Source: an uncultured Acidobacteriota bacterium (lineage in GTDB: Bacteria > Actinomycetota > Acidimicrobiia > Spongiisociales > ZC4RG35). From it: a stretch of DNA of 64,000 nt. Location: contig CAWENM010000002.1 in the NCBI GenBank assembly GCA_963810465.1, forward strand, positions 451,001-515,000, given 5' to 3'. Positions within the stretch are counted from its first letter, which is position 1. Every line of letters begins with the position of its first letter. The notes under the pieces were generated by a model. The model saw nothing but the letters and a program-made list of their open reading frames with translations. It had not been told where the DNA came from and made no database searches. Below, piece after piece: positions 57,729-64,000 of the stretch. The position numbers were made by a program, and so were the translations under genes.

Positions 57729-59302
57729 TTGCCCTTGGCGTCGAACAACCGCTCCAGGGCCTGCTGGTCCTGACCGGCCAGTGCGTATTCGGCCTTCAGC
57801 GATTCCAGGTCCCGATAAATCGATGCCACAGCCTGTATCGCGCCATCCTTCCGGTAGCCGATCATGACATCGCGGTCTGATGCCTTGCCACGCACGATCT
57901 CCTCATCCCATTCCTTGGCGTGGCCGACGACGTTGATCGGGACGTCGTAGTGCTGGCTCCAGAAAAATGGCGGATCTGTGAACGGGGTGTCGTGCCCGAG
58001 GATGTTCCTGGCAGCGGCCTGGCCCTGTCGTTCGGCGAGCACCCAGTGCTCGATCCGGACCCGCCCGGCGTTCTGGTCGGGATAGGAGGCGACGTCGCCG
58101 GCGGCCCAGATGCTGGGATCGCTGCTGCGCAGACGATCGTCGACCACGACACCATTGTCGACGTTGAGGCCGGCCTGTTCGGCCAAGGCGGTATTGGGAA
58201 CCACGCCGACACCTATCACCACCAGGTCGGCGGGGACGGTCGTCCCGTCGTCGAGCACCACCTCCCTTTCCTTGATCTCCGTCACCGTCTGGCCGAGACG
58301 GAACTCGACACCGTGTTCCTCATGGAGATCCTGGACGAAGCGACCGAGCTTCTCGCCGATGATCGGCACCAGTGGCACGTCCTCAGGCGCGACCACTGTG
58401 ACCGCTACCTCTCGCTGGCGAAGGGATGCAGCAACTTCCAACCCGATGAACCCTGCTCCGATCACGATCGCACTGTCGGTCGCGTCCAGAGCGGCGATGA
58501 TCGAGCGGCTGTCCTCCAGCGTGCGCAAGTAGTGGACATGATCCTGATCGGCTCCAGGGGTGGGGAGACGTCTCGGCTCCGCTCCCGGGGCGAGGAGCAT
58601 CGCCTCGTACCCAATATTCCGGCCGTCGGCCAGCGCCACGGTCCGCGCATCGACGTCGATCGCGGTGGCCTCGACCCCGGTGATCAGCTCGATGTCATGC
58701 CGCTCGTAGAAATCCGGGCCGCGTAAAGGCATCCAGTCCTCGGGTGCCGTTCCCGCCAGATAGTCCTTGGAGACATTGGGGCGATCCACGGGGGCCTCCA
58801 AACCGATCATGGATACCGATCCGGTGTAGCCGAGTCGGCGAAGCATCTCGGCGGCGGCTGCGCCGGCTGCACCCGAGCCCACGATCACGACTGATGCGGG
58901 CGCAACTGGTGGCCGTCTCTCGGGAGTGGGAGCATCGATAGGCCCGTTCACAAACACGCGTCCGTCTCGTTCGGTCGGCTCGTAGACCTTCAGATTGTTG
59001 AGGGCGGGGGCCCCGACCGCTTCTCCGGTGGTCAGATCGAAGATGGCGTGGTGCCACGGGCAATGCACCCGACCGTCGACACAAAGCCCGTCACCGAGGG
59101 GGCCGCCATAGTGGGTGCAGTGTCCGGCGACGGCGCACAATCCGCTTCCGGTGCGGACCACGATCACCTGCTTCCCGTCGACCTGACCCTTGACCGGGGT
59201 GTCTTCATCCAGCGAATCGATCGGGATGCCTTCCTCGACCAAGTCCGGCCCGGTCACCTCCGTGTCTGCCATCCGCAGTCCTTTCAGTCCATCTTCTTTC
59301 AA
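57725..59302 (-). CDS. Rieske [2Fe-2S] domain fused to FAD/NAD(P)-dependent pyridine nucleotide-disulfide oxidoreductase
   Basis: Rieske motifs CTHYGGPL...CPWHHAIF. Reductase FAD motif VVIVGSGAAGAAAA and NAD motif IVIGAGFIGLEVA. Confidence 0.8.
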   Translation of the reverse strand: MKEDGLKGLRMADTEVTGPDLVEEGIPIDSLDEDTPVKGQVDGKQVIVVRTGSGLCAVAGHCTHYGGPLGDGLCVDGRVHCPWHHAIFDLTTGEAVGAPALNNLKVYEPTERDGRVFVNGPIDAPTPERRPPVAPASVVIVGSGAAGAAAAEMLRRLGYTGSVSMIGLEAPVDRPNVSKDYLAGTAPEDWMPLRGPDFYERHDIELITGVEATAIDVDARTVALADGRNIGYEAMLLAPGAEPRRLPTPGADQDHVHYLRTLEDSRSIIAALDATDSAIVIGAGFIGLEVAASLRQREVAVTVVAPEDVPLVPIIGEKLGRFVQDLHEEHGVEFRLGQTVTEIKEREVVLDDGTTVPADLVVIGVGVVPNTALAEQAGLNVDNGVVVDDRLRSSDPSIWAAGDVASYPDQNAGRVRIEHWVLAERQGQAAARNILGHDTPFTDPPFFWSQHYDVPINVVGHAKEWDEEIVRGKASDRDVMIGYRKDGAIQAVASIYRDLESLKAEYALAGQDQQALERLFDAKGN

Positions 59303-59332
59303 CCATAGTGATGGCTTTTAGAACGAGGAGGG

Positions 59333-60097
59333 TCAGCTGTCCGATCGATAGACCAGCCCGAGATCGCCGGTCGAGCTCAGGGTGAGGAGCTGCCCGTCGA
59401 CAACAGCACGGAATCCGTCGCCGAGAACCGACACGACGTGTCCGTCTTGGGCCTCGAGCTCTGCCGGGCACTCACCGTGGGCTGTCATTTCGGTCATCGC
59501 CACTTCGGCGCCACTCACGATGTATTGACCGTCGAGGGTTCGACAGCCGGTGGAGCCCAACATCGATCCGTCTGTGAACAGCTCCAAGGTCGCGCGATCC
59601 CCGTTGACACTCGACGCGGCCTCCCCGTCGAGCAGGCTTTCCAGCACCCAAACTGTCCCGGTCAGTTCGGCAGTGGGGACTGGAGGCAGGGCGATGAAAT
59701 CGAGCTCGACCTGTTCACCGCTGAGAGTGAGGCTGTGCTCGGTCATCGAGTACGTGCCCACCAAGAGAAGACCCTCTAGATACGTCTGCTCCGATTCCAT
59801 CACCCCTTCGGCCACGCACGCCATCTCTGTCCATAGCAGCTCGGTGAAAGTGATTTGAGACCCGGCGATCTCGTACATCCCCCCATAGCCGTTGCAGGCG
59901 GCTGTCCCGCCGGCGCCCTCGTCGGTCAATGACAGTGTGATCGGATACCCGTCGACGATCGGGACGGTGACGCCGTCCACCACTCCCTCGGTGAGCTCCC
60001 AGGCGATGTCTGTCGGATCGCCAGTCTGTTGGACGGGCGCGCCGCATCCCGTGATCAGGGTGGCAACGCAGCCGACGGCGAGGAGCGACCGGCGCAT
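59333..60097 (-). CDS. lipoprotein with two META (HslJ-like/DUF306) domains
   Basis: Lipobox LITGC. Repeated CNGYGGMYEIAGSQITF-type META-domain motifs. Confidence 0.7.
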   Translation of the reverse strand: MRRSLLAVGCVATLITGCGAPVQQTGDPTDIAWELTEGVVDGVTVPIVDGYPITLSLTDEGAGGTAACNGYGGMYEIAGSQITFTELLWTEMACVAEGVMESEQTYLEGLLLVGTYSMTEHSLTLSGEQVELDFIALPPVPTAELTGTVWVLESLLDGEAASSVNGDRATLELFTDGSMLGSTGCRTLDGQYIVSGAEVAMTEMTAHGECPAELEAQDGHVVSVLGDGFRAVVDGQLLTLSSTGDLGLVYRSDS

Positions 60098-60108
60098 GTG
60101 GGGTCAGG

Positions 60109-60549
60109 TCAGGACTGGGCTGCCGACTCGTCGACAACGAACACCAGGTCGGCATCCACACCGGAGAGGTTCAGCTGACCATCTTCGATCGTGAAGAGCT
60201 CGACCAGACTGAGAGCCTGTAGATACGCGGCCTCGGCGTCCATCACCTCAGCCGGTTCGCAGGCCATCATCGTCGAGCCGGCATCGTCGAAGGTGAGGTC
60301 CGACCCGGACAGCGTGTAGGCGGCGAAGTACTGGTTGCAGGCCGAGGAGCCGCCAGCCGTCCCATCCTCGGTGTTGAAGACGAGCGTGACGGGGTGGTCG
60401 TCGAAGATCGGGATGTCGGCGCCATCGAGTGTGCCGGCCTCGAGGACCCAGGCGTTGGCTGTCGGATCTGAGGAACCTTCTTCACCCGGATCGGCGCAAG
60501 CGGTCAGCGCGAGGGCGAGGATGGCTACAAGGGCGAGTGATCTCTTCAT
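60109..60549 (-). CDS. lipoprotein with single META domain
   Basis: ATG 60549 (MKRSLALVAILALALTAC) has a lipobox. CNQYFAAYTLSGSDLTF META motif. The upstream 135 codons of ORF 60109..60954 are rejected. Confidence 0.7.
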   Translation of the reverse strand: MKRSLALVAILALALTACADPGEEGSSDPTANAWVLEAGTLDGADIPIFDDHPVTLVFNTEDGTAGGSSACNQYFAAYTLSGSDLTFDDAGSTMMACEPAEVMDAEAAYLQALSLVELFTIEDGQLNLSGVDADLVFVVDESAAQS

Positions 60550-60587
60550 GGTGTTTTCGACGCTACGCCGCCCCGCAACGGTTCCGA

Positions 60588-61466
60588 TCAGATCAGCACT
60601 CCGGCCGCGATCACCAACCCGGTCCAGAGGTGGAGACGGGCAGTCATCTTCAGGGCCCGGATCAAGGCGGGTCCGTCGCTCTTGCGATAGATGATGCGCA
60701 CCGGGCCCATGGCGTAGGGAGCGAGGAGAGCGGCGAAGACGGTGGGGAACGGGGTCCATCGCAGAACTGCGAAGAGCGCGATGAGAAGAAATGCCCCGTA
60801 GACCAGAGCGACGAAGAGTGTCCTCGTCCTGTCCGGCCCGATGATCACGGCCAGTGTTCGCTTCCCCGCCGATCGGTCGGTGTCGAGGTCGCGGTAGTTG
60901 TTGACCACGAGTATCGCCGCCGCCAGCAGTCCGATCGGGATCGAGAGAAGCCACGCCGGGAGCGGGGCCGTCATGTCGTAGACGTACCTGGTCCCAACCG
61001 TTGCCACCACCCCGAAGAAGAGGAAGACGAAGACCTCACCCAACCCCCGATAGCCGTAGGGAAACGGTCCGCCCACGTAGGCGAGCATGGCTATGACGGA
61101 TACGACGCCGATTACGACGATCAAAGGCCCGGCGAGCAGGGCAAGGGCGACACCGGCGGCCGCGGCAATTACCAGGGCCACCCCCACGCCGATCCACATC
61201 TGCTTGGCCGAGATCCGGCCAAGGGCAACCATCCTGGGCGGTCCCACCCTCTCCCCGCTATCGGCGCCGCGACGCGCATCCGAGACGTCGTTGGCGAAAT
61301 TGGCCGCTACCTGGATTGCCAGGGCGGCCACCATGGCATAGAGGAAGACGTCCCATCGGAACACGTCATCTGCCTGCGCGAGGGCGGAACCGACCACGAC
61401 CGGCACCACAGCCGCGGGAAGAGTGTGAAGGCGGGCCGCCGTCTTCCAGGCCTGAGCTGTGGTCAC
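60588..61466 (-). CDS. menA: 1,4-dihydroxy-2-naphthoate polyprenyltransferase
   Basis: UbiA-family prenyltransferase with the NDVSDARRGAD motif. GTG 61466 chosen as start (VTTAQAWKTAARLHTLPAA...), 4 nt after the menB stop. The longer ORF overlaps menB. Confidence 0.8.
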   Translation of the reverse strand: MTTAQAWKTAARLHTLPAAVVPVVVGSALAQADDVFRWDVFLYAMVAALAIQVAANFANDVSDARRGADSGERVGPPRMVALGRISAKQMWIGVGVALVIAAAAGVALALLAGPLIVVIGVVSVIAMLAYVGGPFPYGYRGLGEVFVFLFFGVVATVGTRYVYDMTAPLPAWLLSIPIGLLAAAILVVNNYRDLDTDRSAGKRTLAVIIGPDRTRTLFVALVYGAFLLIALFAVLRWTPFPTVFAALLAPYAMGPVRIIYRKSDGPALIRALKMTARLHLWTGLVIAAGVLI

Positions 61467-61470
61467 TGGC

Positions 61471-62415
61471 TCAGAAATGCCAGGGATACTGACCGAAATC
61501 TGGCTCCCGCTTCTCCAGGAAGGCGTCACGACCTTCCCGGGCCTCATCGGTCATGTAGCCGAGACGGGTCGCTTCCCCGGCGAAGATCTGCTGACCGACC
61601 AACCCGTCGTCGATCAGGTTGAAGGCAAACTTGAGCATGCGTTGGGCCGTCGGGCTCTTGGATGTGATCTCGGCGGCCCAGTCGAGGGCGACCTTCTCCA
61701 ATTCCGAATGAGGCACCACCGCGTTGACCATTCCCATCTGGTGCGCCTCGGCCGCCGAGTACTCGCGCCCGAGGAAGAAGATCTCACGGGCTCGCTTCTG
61801 CCCGACCTGACGGGCGAGATAGGCAGAGCCATAGCCGGCGTCATACGAGGCGACATCGGCATCGGTCTGCTTGAAGATGGCGTGCTCCTCTGAGGCCAGA
61901 GTCAGGTCGCAGACGACATGGAGAGAGTGACCACCCCCGACTGCCCAGCCTGGCACTACGGCAATGACGATCTTGGGCATGAACCTGATGAGACGCTGCA
62001 CCTCGAGGATGTGAAGACGGCCCAGGCGGGCAGGGTCCACGGTGTCATCATCATCCTCTGCGGTGTACTTGTAGCCGTCCCGGCCCCTGATCCTCTGGTC
62101 GCCTCCCGAGCAGAAAGCCCACCCGCCGTCCTTGGGAGATGGGCCGTTGCCGGTGAGGAGGACACACCCGACATTGGCGGACTGACGGGCATGGTCGAGG
62201 GCCGCGAACAACTCGTCGACCGTTTGTGGTCGGAAGGCATTCCGCACTTCGGGCCGATCGAAGGCGACGCGGACCACACCGTGGCCAATTGCCTTGTGAT
62301 AGGTGATGTCGGTGAACTCGAAACCCGGCACCGTATCCCAGGACGACTCATCGAAGAGCGCAGAGATCACCGGCGGAGGATAAGAGGCAGAATCACTATG
62401 TGAAGATTCGCGCAC
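61471..62415 (-). CDS. menB: 1,4-dihydroxy-2-naphthoyl-CoA synthase
   Basis: Crotonase fold with MenB-specific motifs (RPEVRNAFRP, CSGGDQRIRG, GYMTDEAREGR). Confidence 0.9.
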   Translation of the reverse strand: MRESSHSDSASYPPPVISALFDESSWDTVPGFEFTDITYHKAIGHGVVRVAFDRPEVRNAFRPQTVDELFAALDHARQSANVGCVLLTGNGPSPKDGGWAFCSGGDQRIRGRDGYKYTAEDDDDTVDPARLGRLHILEVQRLIRFMPKIVIAVVPGWAVGGGHSLHVVCDLTLASEEHAIFKQTDADVASYDAGYGSAYLARQVGQKRAREIFFLGREYSAAEAHQMGMVNAVVPHSELEKVALDWAAEITSKSPTAQRMLKFAFNLIDDGLVGQQIFAGEATRLGYMTDEAREGRDAFLEKREPDFGQYPWHF

Positions 62416-62422
62416 ACTCCAT

Positions 62423-63661
62423 GTGTGTAAACCCTCACAGAACGGTGGTTCGATGCGCGACTGGCTGAGACGTCACGATCCGGGCCGGGTCTTCATCGAG
62501 ACGCCGAGTGAGAGCCTGACCTTCGGGGAGATCGCCGATGCAGTCGACGAGCGGCCGGTCAGTGGCATAGAGGTCCTCAGTCCCGGACTCGATGTCGGAT
62601 CTGTGATCGACCTGCTCGCAGTCATGTCCAAGGGGTCAGCGGTGATCACCGGGGACATGGTCGGGACGGGAGAGATCGATCCCGGGTCCGTTGACCCCGC
62701 CGGAGCGGTCTCGGTCGTCTTCACGTCCGGGAGCACAGGCGGGCGAAAAGGGGTCCGTCTCACCGGCGACAACTGGGAGGCGGCCGCCGAGGCTTCGACG
62801 GAGCACCTCGGTCATGGTCCCGCCGACACCTGGCTGCTGGCCCTCCCCCTTCATCATGTGGCCGGGCTCTCGATCCTTGTCAGGTCGGCGTTTTCAGGGG
62901 GTGCCGTTCGCCTGCTCCCCGGTTTTGATCCCGTCTCGTTTGCTGCCCACCTCCAGCAAGGCGTGACCATTGCTTCGCTGGTGCCGACCATGTTGAGCCG
63001 GGTGCTCGAGGTCGGTCCGGGACTGTACGACGGACTGAAGGGGGTGCTGCTCGGGGGAGGGCCCATCCCTGATCGCCTCCTCGATCAGGCAGGCGAAGCG
63101 GGGCTACCGGTGCTTCCCACCTACGGCCTGACCGAGACCGCGGGGCAGGTGGCGACCCTGAAACCTGGCGCTCCACTCGAGAACAAGGCGCATCCGTTGC
63201 CCGGCGTCTCGCTCCGAATCGAGCCCGACCAGCAGATCGCGGTGCGGGGACCGATGGTGAGCCGGGGATATGTCGGCGAGCCTGATCGAGAGGTGGAGGA
63301 CTGGTTGGTGACGGGGGATCTGGGCATCATCGACAGCGAGGGGGCGCTTCGGGTGACAGGGCGCGCCGACACGATCATCGTCAGCGGCGGAGAGAACATC
63401 GACCCGGCTCTCGTCGAAGCGGCATTGGCTCAGGTGGCCGGTGTCGATGACGCCCTTGTGGCCGGGGTGGCCAGCGACATGTGGGGGATGGAGACCGTCT
63501 GTCTCTACGTGGGTGAGGCGAATCCGGCCAACGTCGAGGCAGAGCTGAGGGAACTGCTGCCAGCCTTCATGATCCCCAAACGCTGGCTCCAGGTCGATGA
63601 TCTGCCCAGGACGCCAATGGGAAAACCTGATCGCGCCGAAGCCGTGCGGCGCTTCAGCTGA
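62423..63661 (+). CDS. menE: AMP-dependent synthetase/ligase, probable o-succinylbenzoate--CoA ligase
   Basis: AMP-binding motif VVFTSGSTGGRKGV and a C-terminal GEN...K region. Assignment as MenE is based on small size and adjacency to menB and menA. Confidence 0.65.
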   Translation: MCKPSQNGGSMRDWLRRHDPGRVFIETPSESLTFGEIADAVDERPVSGIEVLSPGLDVGSVIDLLAVMSKGSAVITGDMVGTGEIDPGSVDPAGAVSVVFTSGSTGGRKGVRLTGDNWEAAAEASTEHLGHGPADTWLLALPLHHVAGLSILVRSAFSGGAVRLLPGFDPVSFAAHLQQGVTIASLVPTMLSRVLEVGPGLYDGLKGVLLGGGPIPDRLLDQAGEAGLPVLPTYGLTETAGQVATLKPGAPLENKAHPLPGVSLRIEPDQQIAVRGPMVSRGYVGEPDREVEDWLVTGDLGIIDSEGALRVTGRADTIIVSGGENIDPALVEAALAQVAGVDDALVAGVASDMWGMETVCLYVGEANPANVEAELRELLPAFMIPKRWLQVDDLPRTPMGKPDRAEAVRRFS

Positions 63662-64000
63662 CCCGTCGAGCGATCAGGACGCCCTCACGGAATGGGAATG
63701 CCGCTGCCTCGAACGCGGGGTCGGCGGCGATATGCCGATTGAACTCGTCGGTGCCGTATCCCTGGTCGATCCATCCGGAGCCGATGCCATAGACATTGTC
63801 GGCGATGACCAGGCCGCCAACGGCAATCAAGGGGCGGGCTATGTCGAAGTAGGCGATGTACTCCGGCTTATGGGCATCGATGAACAAGACGTCGACGCTA
63901 TCTGGCTCCAGCTCTCGCCTCAGGTCGGTCAGGACCTCCACTCCACCCCCATGCCTCAGGTCGACCCGATCGGCGATACCGGCGCGTTCGAACTGGCGTC
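63654..64000 (-). CDS. class I SAM-dependent O-methyltransferase (caffeoyl-CoA OMT-like), C-terminal part; 5' end beyond window
   Basis: ORF 63654..63941 continues upstream to the window end. LFIDAHKPEY...LIAVGGLVIADNV is the OMT family-3 C-terminal signature. Confidence 0.7.
   Translation of the reverse strand, partial: RQFERAGIADRVDLRHGGGVEVLTDLRRELEPDSVDVLFIDAHKPEYIAYFDIARPLIAVGGLVIADNVYGIGSGWIDQGYGTDEFNRHIAADPAFEAAAFPFREGVLIARRVS

Noticed and set aside
1-64000. CRISPR arrays, rRNA genes, IS elements with terminal inverted repeats
   Set aside because: No direct-repeat/spacer periodicity, no rRNA-like conserved stretches and no transposase-like ORFs were seen on either strand.

Overview
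This 64-kb window has about 68% GC and looks actinobacterial: it carries WhiB, a Bpa proteasome-activator homolog, menaquinone biosynthesis genes, sdhCAB, and a Bifidobacterium-type tad locus. Genes are densely packed, and many neighbouring genes overlap by 4 nt (GTGA or ATGA).

Housekeeping content includes:
- nadB (partial) and nadC, mdh, and sdhCAB
- hppA, ilvE, gltX followed by tRNA-Glu, rpiB, murA, ppdK, and menA/menB/menE

Three blocks stand out.

1. A tad/Flp pilus system. The core locus (22.5-28.7 kb) runs cpaB-tadZ-tadA-tadB-tadC-flp plus three pseudopilins, and ends at tRNA-Gln and tRNA-Glu genes. The 59-aa Flp pilin gene is absent from the ORF track. TadZ has a degenerate Walker A motif. 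About 12 kb upstream (4.7-10.2 kb) a three-gene module is tandemly duplicated and diverged: TadE-like, TadE-like, and a roughly 500-aa TadG-N-domain protein with a C-terminal domain containing 14 conserved cysteines and no recognisable named fold. This is a candidate new pilus-tip or accessory module.

2. A same-strand gene train at 14.2-21.7 kb. It runs zinc-ribbon protein, circularly permuted ATP-grasp, alpha-E protein, transglutaminase-like cysteine protease, a secreted NEW3/COG1470-like repeat protein, an ABC-2 exporter, and Bpa. This is a predicted but uncharacterised peptide ligation and processing system next to a proteasome activator.

3. Decayed or frameshifted genes just downstream of the tRNAs: an HNH endonuclease with three CxxHYxRxxRxG repeats, and a DsbA-family gene.

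A clear sigma70-like promoter with a 14-bp perfect palindrome precedes whiB. No rRNA genes or CRISPR arrays are present.
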